Notes under the pieces: generated by a model
The model's database searches: none
Told to the model about the DNA's origin: nothing
What the model saw: the letters and a program-made list of their open reading frames with translations, nothing else
Shown: in pieces, positions 1 to 14,150 of the stretch
Numbering within the stretch: position 1 is the first letter of the stretch
How the letters are laid out: each line of letters starts with the position of its first letter
Made by a program: the position numbers and the translations under genes
NCBI RefSeq assembly: GCF_001194135.2
Contig: NC_068997.1
Coordinates: forward strand, 48,630,309 to 48,671,093
Source: Octopus bimaculoides
Lineage: Eukaryota
Length of the DNA: 40,785 nt
Reading direction: 5' to 3'

Positions 1-1002
1 ATATATGCATTCGTATGTGTATGTACGCTCTTATGTAAGTATATATGTATCTATGTAAGAATAGGTTTTTGGTTTGTATCTAGCAAAAAGTATGTCGACA
101 CATCTTGCTGTATTAAATATATGTGCGCTCATGACAGTATGGCTTAAAATATTGCTGTTGTTATGCATTATTCCTGGTCCAGTTGCATTGTCTGACATTT
201 TGGCCTCCTAGTTGAACAATGCTCCGAACTCAGCATGTATGATACATTTTGACAGACTAACTATGCATTTTCTTGTGGAAGAATTCCGACCCCACCACCC
301 AAGCGCTCAAAGGTGGACTGACTCATTGTTATAAAATAAAAACCTGTGAGCGATTGGCAGTCCGAGTTGGTAAGCAGTTCACTGCGAGCCGTGATAGAGA
401 ACGGTGAGTCTTGTGCAATATTAATAGTAGTGCGTCGTGTAAATACTTCCTTTCCTCACTGCTTCGTTATATTATATATCCGATACAAAGATATAAAAAT
501 TTTGAAGAATTATTCATTACATTACATCAAAATAAACAAACTCGAAACATAACTAGACAAAAAAAAATGTCTTTTGATAACCAAAATACTATACTAGGCA
601 GAAATCTAGAAAATTGAAATGAAAGAAGTTTTATAAATACCGTAATAGAAACCAAAAATATCACAGATTGAATGAATTATGTGAGTAAATAGGATTTCAC
701 TCATAAATAAATTTTTTCACTCGTCGATGATGATTTTTGTTATTTACAATATTGTTGGCATGATACTTTGCAACCTAAGAGAAAATGCTGCAGCAATGCG
801 GTACTATTGTAAATTCGTTCAGATGACGAGTACGAGAAATCTTCAAACGCTAATAAAATTAGGGAGATTGCTGTTAGAAATTGTAGTGAAGGGCTAAAAG
901 ACAAAATTCGAACACTTTGTAGTCTCTGGGACAAGTTTGAAAGAATTGTTCCTACATGAGCACACACATATGAGATTCGTAACAAGAATGCATACACGCA
1001 TA

Positions 1003-1045
<43 letters not shown>

Positions 1046-2021
1046 AGTAACATACACACAAATATGTGTGCGTGTGTATATGTACGTATACAAGTAGAGG
1101 AAGAGATTTATGTATATGCATATACATCNNNNNNNNNNNNNNNNNNNNNNNNNNNNNNNNNNNNNNNNNNNNNNNNNNNNNNNNNNNNNNNNNNNNNNNN
1201 NNNNNNNNNNNNNNNNNNNNNNNNNNNNNNNNNNNNNNNNNNNNNNNNNNNNNNNNNNNNNNNNNNNNNNNNNNNNNNNNNNNNNNNNNNNNNNNNNNNN
1301 NNNNNNNNNNNNNNNNNNNNNNNNNNNNNNNNNNNNNNNNNNNNNNNNNNNNNNNNNNNNNNNNNNNNNNNNNNNNNNNNNNNNNNNNNNNNNNNNNNNN
1401 NNNNNNNNNNNNNNNNNNNNNNNNNNNNNNNNNNNNNNNNNNNNNNNNNNNNNNNNNNNNNNNNNNNNNNNNNNNNNNNNNNNNNNNNNNNNNNNNNNNN
1501 NNNNNNNNNNNNNNNNNNNNNNNNNNNNNNNNNNNNNNNNNNNNNNNNNNNNNNNNNNNNNNNNNNNNNNNNNNNNNNNNNNNNNNNNNNNNNNNNNNNN
1601 NNNNNNNNNNNNNNNNNNNNNNNNNNNNNNNNNNNNNNNNNNNNNNNNNNNNNNNNNNNNNNNNNNNNNNNNNNNNNNNNNNNNNNNNNNNNNNNNNNNN
1701 NNNNNNNNNNNNNNNNNNNNNNNNNNNNNNNNNNNNNNNNNNNNNNNNNNNNNNNNNNNNNNNNNNNNNNNNNNNNNNNNNNNNNNNNNNNNNNNNNNNN
1801 NNNNNNNNNNNNNNNNNNNNNNNNNNNNNNNNNNNNNNNNNNNNNNNNNNNNNNNNNNNNNNNNNNNNNNNNNNNNNNNNNNNNNNNNNNNNNNNNNNNN
1901 NNNNNNNNNNNNNNNNNNNNNNNNNNNNNNNNNNNNNNNNNNNNNNNNNNNNNNNNNNNNNNNNNNNNNNNNNNNNNNNNNNNNNNNNNNNNNNNNNNNN
2001 NNNNNNNNNNNNNNNNNNNNN

Positions 2022-2064
<43 letters not shown>

Positions 2065-2240
2065 TAACCAATTGAATTAATAAGCGTCCAACATTTCTTA
2101 CTGTCGCACTAGCAGTTATGCATAATGGGTTAACTGAAACCATACACACACATACAAATGCACACACATATGTTTATATGTATGTGTGTATGTATGTATG
2201 TATGTATGTATGTATGTATGTATGTATTTGTATATGTGTG

Positions 2241-2295
<55 letters not shown>

Positions 2296-3478
2296 TCAAA
2301 TTTCGCTGATTTCGATTTTGCCTTCCTACTTTCGAGGTGAATGAAACAAACACAACTTCAACCCAGAGTTCGATTGACTATGCCCCGCCCACCAAATTGC
2401 CTATTGTAGAAAATATATAATGATAACATTTGATTGGTAGTTGCGGATCACTTGGCTGAGAATTGTTGTGGTATCAATCAGTTCCTTTAATATTTAATAT
2501 TTAATATTTTACTTGTTTCAGCCATTAGACTGCGACCATGCTGGAGTACAGTTTTGCAGTGTTTTAACTGAGCAAATCAACTCCAGTACTTTTAAATCTG
2601 ATATTCATTCTAACAAACTCGCCGAATCGCTATTTACGGGACGTAAACAAACCAACGCTAGTTATCAAGAGGTGGCGGGTACAGTATCATGCTGCGTTTG
2701 TTCCGGTTCTCTGCGCTTTGGGTTCAAATCATGGCCCGGTGAAATTTGTCTTTCTTTTCTTCGAGGTCGATAAACTATAGTACGACTCGAGTACTGGTGC
2801 CGATTCAATCGATGAACCATTCCCCGGATTCTCAGCTTCCAACTTATGATAGAAATTAGTATTCTAACATTTGTTTACAACGCCTTACGATAATTTTTCC
2901 GGTTCTTTGCGCTCTAGATTCAATTCCCACGAAATCACCATTGTGTGTTATGATTCCGGGGGTCGATAGTTGAAGTACCAGCCAAGTACTGAGCTCCGTT
3001 CTATATCATTATTCGTATCCAGCTACATTCTGCTGTGAGAAAGGCCACGAGGACTCAGTCACAGCGTATTTTCTCCAGAAATGGTGATGGTTTGGCGATG
3101 AATCAAGTAAGCACATCTTATGGAAAACCCAATATTTTACTGAAACGACGAGGGACAGAAATAAAGAACAGGTGGGGGTAATTTGACGGAAAGTTGGCTG
3201 ATATTTCTTGCAGATTGAGCGGCCATGTACAAACTCCCTGGTTTTCTCAGTATTCAACGAAAAAAATGAAAGAACTTCTAGCTTGTCACCCGATTTGCTG
3301 GAAATAACTGCCAAATCTCCATTAAATTCCGTCAAACTAGTGTCTTCATAAAGTACAGGTAGCATGATACCAGGTTCATTGCTCATAGGAAACCTATGTC
3401 ATGGTTACGAGCGGGAAACCTTTGTTCATAAATGTTTTTCATTACAGTTGACCCGGACATAAACAACAACAACAACAC

Positions 3479-3527
<49 letters not shown>

Positions 3528-3529
3528 TT

Positions 3530-3598
<69 letters not shown>

Positions 3599-3840
3599 GT
3601 GTGACAATATGTGCATTGTATGTTGTAGTAGTAGTTGTTATCGTCGTTGTCGTACTGTTATCATTTAGTTTCAGATCCAGTTTGGTGGAGCAAGACCTCT
3701 GTATGTACACAAGTCACCCATTCCATTCACGAGCAGTGATTCCGACCATTTGTCTATCCAGGAACCTCTTTGACGACAAATCGAATCCGACTCTTAACCT
3801 CTTCCTTATGTCGTCCGTAGCGGTAATCAAAAGCAGGCGA

Positions 3841-4088
3841 AATGAATGCTAGCCTTTATATAATCCTCTGTAATGAATGCTAATAATTACAATACTTCGT
3901 GCAATCAATACTAGTTTTTACAATATCGTCTGCAATGAATGCTAGTCTTTATAATACCTACAGCAATGAATGCTAGCATATAAAGTTCCCGTCGCAATGA
4001 ATGCTTATCTTTACAGTACTGAATGAAATGAATGCTTTCGTTTACAGCATCCACTTCAATGAATGCTTGCACTATATTTTTTAGATCG
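3841..4088. repeat. Array of 8 units of exactly 31 bp, each starting with AATGAATGCT (one variant) followed by a divergent 21-bp segment
   Basis: Motif starts at 3841, 3872, 3903 (AATCAATACT), 3934, 3965, 3996, 4027 and 4058. Confidence 0.95.
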
Positions 4089-5118
4089 GTATTGTGCCAT
4101 TGAAACATGATATATTTCATAAGGTTAAAACCTCTTTAGGTTTCGAATGCATGCTTTGTACTTAAGATGAAATGTTGACAACAATTACAATAACAACTTA
4201 TTCTCAGTGAAGACAACAATTAAAATAAAACCCAATAATAAGCAATTCATAATTACATCCCATATAATTATATTTAACGGCCAACAGGTCCCTGAAGTAA
4301 AATTGCTGTCGATAGCCTAAACGCTTTATGATATTCAGTTAGTATTAATAGTATTAATATTTTACTTTTAATCTTATTATTTTAAGTTGAATGTTTTCCG
4401 TTTTGTTTTAAATGAATCATGGCTCACGATTTAATCACCTATTTCCCGATATCTTGAGTGTATATGCCCTCTATTACTGGTTGTTGTTTTCATCCATCCA
4501 TATTCATGAGTTGAAAGACAACGACAACCGTAATCACCACCACTACCACCATTACAACAAAAATTACAATAAAGTCAGTAAATCGAAGGAGAAATGACAA
4601 AAAAAAACAAGCTAACAATGTCATAATAAAATGTCGACAATAACAACAAATGATAAAACAAATCAATGATTGCAACTAAAAATAAATAAATAAATAAACC
4701 GACAATCATAAAACTTTAATTATAAGTACAACAACGACAACAAGAATTATAAGTACAACAACGACAGCAATAACAAGGAGACCAACGGTCATTGGAAATA
4801 AGACAGATAGACAAATATAAGCAGACGCATAACTCCGAAAGAAAAAAAATCATCATAAACCAATAAATAAAATAAAATAAAAGAGGTAATATACAAATAT
4901 TACGTTAGAGATATCATGTTTTGTATTTCAATAAATACAGACGACAGGATGATATCAAGTTTTGGATTTCAATAAATATGGACGACATATTTGTTAATCT
5001 AACGGCAAACACCCATTTACGTTCGTGCTTAGCGTTATGTATGTGACTCAGTGTTTGTTTGTATTTGTGCGTGTGTGTGTGAATTGTGTGTATTGTGTAA
5101 ACAAGTATACATATTTAA

Positions 5119-5160
<42 letters not shown>

Positions 5161-5415
5161 GAAAACATACATGCACACATACACAATTATGCATACGTGA
5201 GAAAATGCTTCCGTATTTCATTCTTTGTTTGCACGCTCAGATACTCACACATACACACCCTCACATATGACTGTCTGTATGTATGTGTATGTATGTATGT
5301 ATGTATGTATGTATGTGTATGTGTATGTATGTATATTTGTATATATATATATATATACACACGCACACGTATGTCTATATTATACATGTATATTTATGTG
5401 TATGTATACACACAT

Positions 5416-5451
<36 letters not shown>

Positions 5452-5463
5452 GCATATATATAC

Positions 5464-5547
<84 letters not shown>

Positions 5548-6087
5548 ATATATATAATAGAGAGAGAGAATCGATAGATAGCTTGATATAGATAAATAGA
5601 CAGATATAGATAAATGGATAGATAGACATATTGAACGTATACACAGGCATACATACCACAAAGCTAATTAGATGACTACAGATAAAATCTGTCAATGGAA
5701 ATGCCGAAATATATAAAACTTTACAAAAGTTTAGCATGTAAGTTCATATGCAGATGGCTAGTGATGCTACTATATCTATGAGCATACACATATAAAACAA
5801 GATTTACAATTCTGCATGTGCTAAAGTAAAAAACTCGCACATATGCACAGAAATATTTTTAAAAATTTCGTTGTTGATATTATTGAAATTCCAATAAGGA
5901 GACTTGAATCTAGGTTAGAAATCGACTCTTTCTCAATTGGTGAGAAATCTAGAAATGAATCTAAATAATAACCTACATAATTGTATGCTTATGAACATAT
6001 ATTGGTACAGTTATGTTGATGTAATTATTTATGGATCATTGCAAGGATTACGCAGAAAAGCGAAGCAGCTCATAATCTACACACACA

Positions 6088-6187
<100 letters not shown>

Positions 6188-6292
6188 TACACATACACAC
6201 ACACATACACACACAAACACATACACATAAATAAACCCACACATACACACACGTTCACATACATACGCACACACATACACATACACGCACAT

Positions 6293-6352
<60 letters not shown>

Positions 6353-6370
6353 TCATACACGCACATAGGT

Positions 6371-6626
6371 GTACAGTAAAATCTACGAATGCTGTTACAT
6401 TTACGCATCCATTACGGTGGTCTCAACAATGCATATTTCAAACACATAATGAAAATAAATGTTTTATTTATATTTCTGTGACGTGATGAATATGAATCAC
6501 AAATAATGTGCGGTAATATTACATAACCATTTATATTCATGATGTTCTGAACCATGTATTGTTGAAACGATCGTAATCAAAGCATAAAGATATACCATCA
6601 TCGACATTCTTAGAATCACTGTGTTA
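6371..6626. mobile_element. Degenerate MITE-like foldback element
   Basis: Imperfect inverted arms: attacggtggtctcaacaatgcat (6411-6434) versus catgtattgttgaaacgatcgtaat (6553-6577). Weaker outer similarity starts at tACAGT. Confidence 0.45.
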
Positions 6627-6682
6627 ACTCCACAACTAAAAAGTTATGAAACAGTTTCTTGCAACAATATATATATAGTCGA

Positions 6683-6830
6683 ACCAATCAACCCCAGGAG
6701 TTATTCTTTGTAAGCCTAGAACTTATTCTATCAGTCTCTTTTGCCGAACCGCTACATTACGGGGACATAAACACATCAACATCGGTTGTCAAGCGATGGT
6801 GGGGGACAAACACAGACACGCACATAAATA
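6683..6830 (+). mobile_element. Interspersed SINE-like repeat, family D (other copies near 2512-2680, 9640-9720, 13025-13190, 22855-23060, 34885-35010 and inverted at 28465-28560)
   Basis: Shared motifs across copies: gactgcggccatgctggagcacc, gtcga..aatcgaccccaggact, ttttgccgaaccgc, gacgtaaacacacc. Several copies run into (CA)n. Confidence 0.7.
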
Positions 6831-6847
6831 TATATATACATATATAT

Positions 6848-6882
<35 letters not shown>

Positions 6883-7302
6883 NNNNNNNNNNNNNNNNNN
6901 NNNNNNNNNNNNNNNNNNNNNNNNNNNNNNNNNNNNNNNNNNNNNNNNNNNNNNNNNNNNNNNNNNNNNNNNNNNNNNNNNNNNNNNNNNNNNNNNNNNN
7001 NNNNNNNNNNNNNNNNNNNNNNNNNNNNNNNNNNNNNNNNNNNNNNNNNNNNNNNNNNNNNNNNNNNNNNNNNNNNNNNNNNNNNNNNNNNNNNNNNNNN
7101 NNNNNNNNNNNNNNNNNNNNNNNNNNNNNNNNNNNNNNNNNNNNNNNNNNNNNNNNNNNNNNNNNNNNNNNNNNNNNNNNNNNNNNNNNNNNNNNNNNNN
7201 NNNNNNNNNNNNNNNNNNNNNCACTTCCCTCAAATTTCGGGCCTTGTGCCTAGAATAGAAAATTATATATGTGTATGTGTGTGTTTGTGTGTGTGTATGT
7301 GT

Positions 7303-7535
7303 TATTTCTTTACTACTCACAAGGGGCTACACACAGAGGGGAAAAACAAAGACAGACAAACGGATTAAGTCGATTATATCGACCCCAGTGCGTAACTGGT
7401 ACTTATTTAATCAACCCCGAAAGGATGAAAGGCAAAGTCGACCTCGGCGGAATTTGAACTCAGAACGTAGCGGCAGACGAAATACCGCTAAGCATTTCGC
7501 CCCGCGTGCTAACGTTTCTGCCAGCTCGCCGCCTT
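7303..7535 (-). mobile_element. tRNA-derived SINE, family B
   Basis: The minus strand reads ggcgagctggcagaaacgttagc (A-box-like), gagttcaaattccgcc (B-box-like) and a central gcctttcatcctttcgggg..ataagtacc domain. Homologous copies occur elsewhere in the window. Confidence 0.85.
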
Positions 7536-8066
7536 GTGTGTGTATGTGTGTGTGTGTGTGTGTTTGTGTGAGTATGCACTGTTTCGTAATAAAAATAGAG
7601 GAAGTAGAAATGAAGCCATCCGTGTCCGGAATGTCGACCGTAAACTTCTCGAGACATGGGAAAATTTGCCGCAAATTTGCTTGGCATTTCCATACTCTTA
7701 TGTGACCTCATCCGTGTATTATTAGTGCTCCATGTTGCATGAAGACTCTCCATTTAAAGCTTTCATTCAAGTGCTTATTATTCTTTATTTTACTTTTCTA
7801 TTTAAAAATAAATTTGAGTTATTACGCTTCATCATTGTCCATATAGGGAATTTTACGATAGCAAGAATGTTTACTACGAAATTTCCAATAACACAAAACA
7901 TGAGTATAAATATTTTTTTTTCATTCGTCTAATTCAAGGAAAGGAAGTTACAAAATTACTCACCTGTCAAGGAAATTGTGTAGGTATTTGTGTGCTTGCA
8001 TGCGTGGGTGGTGCGTGTGTATGTATGATTGTATCAATATATATATATATGTGTACACACAGACAC

Positions 8067-8143
<77 letters not shown>

Positions 8144-8210
8144 TATACATATATATGTATACATATATATACATACATATATATAAATATATATATAGAG
8201 AGAGAGATAT

Positions 8211-8276
<66 letters not shown>

Positions 8277-8289
8277 GGATAGATAGATT

Positions 8290-9020
8290 GATTTGGTCAT
8301 TCAACCATTCATCGACACCTACATGCGATCGGAAAAGTCACCAATTGGATCATTGGTTTTTCTCAAAAACTTTCCAAGTATAATCGCGCGTAGCGAGTGA
8401 ATCTGTGCCCTTCTTTTCTGTCAAGTCTCACGTTGAATACAGTGGGTAGGGAAAGGAGAAATGCCGTCACTCCCGGCTAAAGAAGGTCTCTGTTTGGTGG
8501 GATATGAAAGGTTAAGTTCACTTTGAACTTTTAAACCCAAACCAAACGATAACAAATGAGATCCACTGCAAGCAGCTTGAGCAGCTTAAGTTAGCGCTAG
8601 AAGAAGAACGACCATATTTCCTCTCAAGACGAAAGGTGTTCTTCCAGCAGGGTAATGCTCGACCACATATAGCGGGGATGACATTCTAAAGGCTGGAGCA
8701 ACTTGAATGGGAAACAATGCCCCATCCACCATATTCGCTGGACAATGCCCCAACTGATTATCATTTATTTCGCAGTCTTCAGTATCATTTGGACAGAAAA
8801 AACATGAATTCCGTAGACGAGGTCAGAACAGTATGGGAGGAATAATTTTCGTTGCGGACAAGTGAATTTTGGAAGAGGGGAGGGGGCCTTGTAAGTCTAC
8901 CAGATAAATGGAAGAGCATTGTAGAAAATGGAGAGTATATTTGTTTATCTTAAGTTTATTTGTTTAAGTGAAAAAAATTAAAGTATAAAAAGCCGCATTA
9001 TTCATTTCATGACCCAATAT
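8290..9020 (+). mobile_element. Degenerate mariner (DD34D) transposon, internal and 3' portion
   Basis: Fragments translate to [76 protein letters not shown] and LPDKWKSIVENGEY. There are 34 residues between the second (mutated to G) and third catalytic positions. Stops and frameshifts are present, and a TIR-like end precedes a (TA)n run. Confidence 0.9.
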
Positions 9021-10684
9021 ATATATATATACATACATACATACATACATACATACATACATACATACATACATACATACACGTGTACGTCAGTATGAAT
9101 TTACACATACATACAGATTTAAGAATGGGGTGATGGGTCATCGCAGTTATCCTATTACGATTCGTATTAATCATGGAAATGAAGCTAAATATTTGCAGTG
9201 AGAAATATAAACCTTTATTGCCATTTCACCGAAAACAATCACGGAAATGATGAGGGATCAATTATGAATCGATTTTATATCACAGACCTAAATCCACTAA
9301 GCCCTTTTCTCTATGACAAGTATTATTTTTTGTCAATTAAGAAAAAAACATCCTTTAGCAGATGTCATTGATTATTCAAGCTGCTGATTAGAATGCGTTT
9401 CTACATGAGTGTCAGTAATTGGTAATGTCTTGGAATATTTCATAAAGACGACGTCGGATTTAGGGATGGTATTCAATGGCCGACGAGTTTATATAGCGAC
9501 AGTTTTCCTGCTTCCGGCATCCTGTTACGTTTTTATGACTTTAGAGAAGACACGTAACTCTGTTTGCCTTCAGTTTGATTTTCGGATCAAGAAATATGTG
9601 AACACTGAAATTTTCATAAACACTCTCTTTTTACTCTTTTACTCTTTTACTTGTTTCGGTCATCTGACTGCGGCTATGCTGGAGCACCACCTTTAGTCGA
9701 GTAAATCGACCCCAGGACTTAAAGCTTGTCTGTATTAATAAGAGTTTTCCATCTGCCATATCGTTTGTCACTTACTTGGCCATAAGTTGGGTTAACCATT
9801 GGATAACATTGAAATCACAAGTATTATCCCAAATTTTTCCTCCTTCTAGATCTATGTCTAAACAAAGACTAGGGGTCTTTCACTCCCAGCTGTTGGATGA
9901 CCATTGATTTTATTGAGTTCGTTTGCCCTTCGTACTGCAGGGTCAGGGTGTTCAATAAAATCTATCCTCCTTACTAAACGGACTTCGTAACAGCCCGACC
10001 CAGGGAACACGTTGTACTGGGTCGCATGTTAGCAACAGTGCTAAGTGATCTAACTTACATATATACATGCACAATCGGAAACATACATACATGCCTGCGT
10101 TCATACATACATACATACGTACATATCTGCATACATACTATACGCATTCATTCAAACACGTGTTTGTTTTGTGCGTGGATGAGAGAGGGAACATTCTGAC
10201 ACACACGCATGCATCTATGTATCCATACTGGCATACATGTATGCTCTCATATATGCATCGATGCACACATTCACAAATATGTTTCATTATCTGCTTACAT
10301 CCCTGTCATACGTAGTTTGGTAGCAAAATGAGAACTTATTAATTATTCTAACAGCTTTCTTAAAATCCACAAAGACAAATTATATTGGAACAAACAGTGG
10401 AACTCTGAATTTCTCTAAATACCAAACGCACCGCTGTTCTAAGAGACAAAGGATTATGTTTAGCAACAGTTAGGCATAAATGAAGGATTTCATTGACATA
10501 TTTCTCGAGAATCATTATCGGTAGCCTAGCAACAGCTATGCATTTGTAGCATCATTAAAATTCGATTTAATTACATGTATGTATGTTTGCATGAAGTATT
10601 GTATGTATGGATGTATTTGTGTGTGTGTCAATGTACATTAGCATGGTGTATGTAGACATATACACACACATATTTACCTATGCT

Positions 10685-10792
<108 letters not shown>

Positions 10793-10900
10793 CATATATA
10801 TATGTACTATATAATTCTGGAGGTGGACGAGCTTTATACTGTATTCTACCTCATTCCTAACGGAATATAACACACACACACCGGCACACGCATACGCACG

Positions 10901-10946
<46 letters not shown>

Positions 10947-11341
10947 TATATATATATATAATTACTTGGAAGTTACAAAAAAACAATATATATATACATA
11001 TATATATATATGTGTGTATGTGTATCAAAAGGATGTATTACAATACTATTTCACATATACAAAAACAGCCATACCAACAATCCAACGTGCCTCCATCATC
11101 AGCTGTCCAACGGATACCATCATGGTTTCGACACCCTGGACAGTACCATTCAATCCGGTGGTTTCAACAGCACGAAAATAAGTGTTGTTTGAGAACATAT
11201 ATATATATTCTTTTCTTTTATTCGTATATTCTTTTAGTTGTTTCAGGCATTTGACTGTGTCCATGTTGGCGTACCGCCTTTAGAGGAAAATCCAATAGAA
11301 AGTAAGACGGAGGAAGTAAATTCGTCAATGATTCACGTGGT

Positions 11342-12556
11342 TAGACATGACAGAAGTAAAAAAGACACCCTAAAAATCATTAAAATTTATTTAAAACTTA
11401 AATTATACATTCAAATTGTTTATTAATCCTTATAATGTGAATATTTAATATTTACTAGACATGCCCTTTGCATTTTTCAATGCAAGGACTCTATTAGGCA
11501 TGTTACTGATCAGATGACGAATATTCTCTTGCGGAATTTTTGCCAAGTTTAGTGCAGTAATTTCAAATGCTTTCTTGTTCTTTTTATGATGTGTCCTGTC
11601 CATTATGTCTCAGAAGTGTTCAATAGGGTTCATATCTGGTGACTGGTTTGACCTTTGAAGCTTTTTAATGTCATTCTCATCCAACAAATCTTGGGTCATT
11701 TTAGCCGTATGACAAGGAGCCACGTCTTTCATAAATAGTCTTCTTTAATCATTTCACCACGGGAGAAGATTGATAGGAGTCCTTTCTGCAATATGGACAC
11801 ATATTTCTTTGAGTTTATGTTTCCGTCACACTCCACCAGCTCTGATCAATCTTTGCTCCAAATTGCTCCCAAGACCATAAAAAATTAGCTATCGTGTTTC
11901 ATTGCTAGCTCAAAATCTTGATCACAGCCTCCAGAACCACACCCGACCACTGTCAGGAAATGTAGCAAATCTGGAGTCCTCAGAGAATATGACAGTGTCC
12001 CAAAATGCTAGTCGCTTCTCCACCATCTCACTGACCTAATCTTTTTTCCGTTAGATGCTGGTTAGTCGAAGAAGTGGTTTCCTTCTTGCTGCTCTGCCAG
12101 AGTAACCAAGTTTGTGGAGATACCTGACAACTGTTCTGGGACTGACATCAACTTGCTCTGTTACGTCACGTGCCTTGCAACGAGGATTATCCTCCACCCT
12201 TCTCTTATCAAAGGGAAAGGTCCTGTCAGAGGGCCCTAGTTGACCTGGGTGAGGTGATGTAGACGCCTTCTCTCTGGTGAATTGCACAGTCACTCTATCA
12301 ACTGTAAAAAGCGAAATCCCAAGGTTTTCTGCGATTTCACGCTGACTATGTCCACCTTCAGAATGAACCACAATACGGCCTCTTTGAAATTCAGGCAGTT
12401 CCAAGACTTCTTTTGTACATGGCATGCTTATACGGTCATATATAGAACCTGAAACATTAAAAAAATGTCAATTAATAAGAAGTATAAACCATTACAAGTT
12501 AGAATAAACATAAAACGATGTTTTTATGGGCTGTCTATTAATTTCTGGCATGTCTG
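11342..12556 (-). mobile_element. Near-full-length decayed Tc1-family transposon (DD34E)
   Basis: Transposase remnant 12425 to 11445: HTH N-terminus ([22 protein letters not shown]), [16 protein letters not shown] and MKDVAPCH-(34 aa)-NPIEHF, with several stops. Degenerate TIRs agacatg.cagaa.t.aa..gaca at 11342 and inverted ending at 12556. Confidence 0.88.
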
Positions 12557-13194
12557 TGTGTTTGTACGTATATATATATGTATACAGACACATACACACA
12601 CACATATATACACATATACATATATATATATATGTATGTTTGTATGTGTCTATAAATATATATATATATATATATANNNNNNNNNNNNNNNNNNNNNNNN
12701 NNNNNNNNNNNNNNNNNNNNNNNNNNNNNNNNNNNNNNNNNNNNNNNACAATTAACAATTTTTACCAAGCCCATCGGTATGAAAGCACCATTATTGGTGG
12801 AGAACTTATTTAAAAGCTCATATATATTTATAAATATAATTAAGGGATCAGCAAATATTTGCTTCACCATATACCGAAGTTCAGAAATAGCAGCTAAAAA
12901 AGCTGAGAATCCCACAGATAGCATACATATATATATATATGTGTGTGTGTATGTGTGTATGTGTGTATGTGTATGTGTGTATGTGTGTATGTGTGTAGAT
13001 ACATCTGTGTTTTTTCTTTTACTTTTTTCAGTCACCTGACTGAGGCCATGCTAGGGCACCACCTTATAGAATTCTTCGAATGAGTCGAACTTAGTACTTA
13101 TTTTTGTTAAATCTGGCACTTATCCTATTGGTATCTATTGCCGAGCCGTTTGGTTACAAGGACGTAAACACACCAACGCCGGTTGCATATGACC

Positions 13195-13350
13195 AGCTTC
13201 TTTCAATTTCCGTCTACCAAATCCACTCACAAGGATTTGGTTCGGCTCACAGATGTAGTAGAAAACACTTGCCCAATGTGTTACGCAGTGGGAATGAAAC
13301 CGGAATCATGTTGTTGGGAAGCAAACTTCTTACCATATGGCCTCATCCGC
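13195..13350 (-). mobile_element. tRNA-derived SINE with CORE-like segment, family C (other copies 22228-22384 + and 27163-27268 +)
   Basis: Shared ttgggcaagtgt(c/t)tt and gtgagtggatttggtagacggaaa motifs, with a tRNA-like head. Confidence 0.65.
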
Positions 13351-13759
13351 AAAATTTTATAAAAATACATGGAAAAGTAAACATATATTTAAGCTGACGT
13401 AGCTTATTCAAACATTCATCACGTGACCGTTTGTTATTGCCGATAATTTTGCATGAGGTTATGGGATGGGGCAAACGGCAAAATACTTAAATCCGTGAGG
13501 GTATATGACGGAGGTGGGCCAGAGAGTTTAGCATCTTAAACGATGACATTTTAAGCGACACCATTGATTTTTTTAATCTTTGAGAGTTACGGTGATTTGT
13601 GGGGATGGTGGTTGTGGTTGTGGTAGTAGTGGAGGTGCTGGTGGTGATGGTAAGGTCTGTATGAGCATGATGGTTTATAAAAATAACAACAACAACAACA
13701 GTTAAATTCCAAAATTTTTTTATTATTTTGCTCTTTAGAGGATATCTTTATATATAGTT

Positions 13760-14150
13760 ATATATGTATGTGTTTGTGTGTGTGTGTGTGATTGTGTATG
13801 TGTGCGTGTGTATGCGTGTGATTGTGTGTGATTGCGTGGTGTTTTATTGTGTGTGTATGATTGCGTGTGTGATTGTGCATGCGTGTTTGTGTGTGTGACT
13901 GTGCGTGTGATTGTGTGCGTGTGATTGTGTGTGTGTGTGTGATTGTGTATGTGTGACTGTGTGTGTGATTGCGTGTATGTGTGACTGTGTGTGTGTGATT
14001 GTGCATGTGTGTTTGTGTGTGTGATTGCGTGTGTGTGACTGTGTGTGTGTGATTGTGTATGTGTAATTGTGTGTGTGTGCTTGTGTTTTTGTTTGTGATT
14101 GTACATGTGTGATTTTGTGTGTTAGATTGTGTGTGTGCGTGTGTGTACTC
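13760..14150. repeat. Degenerate (GT)n-derived minisatellite with recurring GTGATTG/GTGACTG interruptions
   Basis: Visible tandem units of about 10-14 bp. Confidence 0.85.

Noticed and set aside
346-410. Possible first exon with strong donors (TTG|GTAAGC at 370, ACG|GTGAGT at 404)
   Set aside because: Donor-like hexamers alone are common. There is no recognisable coding content or linked acceptor.
490-1000. AT-rich stretch with short protein-like translations
   Set aside because: Multiple stops in every frame, and the faint resemblance to retroelement proteins was too weak to support a call.
894-2167. Long ORFs in the track spanning N runs (also at about 6.7-7.4, 18.8-19.8, 22.3-23.4, 36.0-36.9 and 38.8-40.0 kb)
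   Set aside because: They are open only because N codons contain no stops.
3841-4088. CRISPR array call for the 31-bp array
   Set aside because: Eukaryotic intron-containing context, no cas genes, a repeat of only 10 bp, and spacers that are related to each other.
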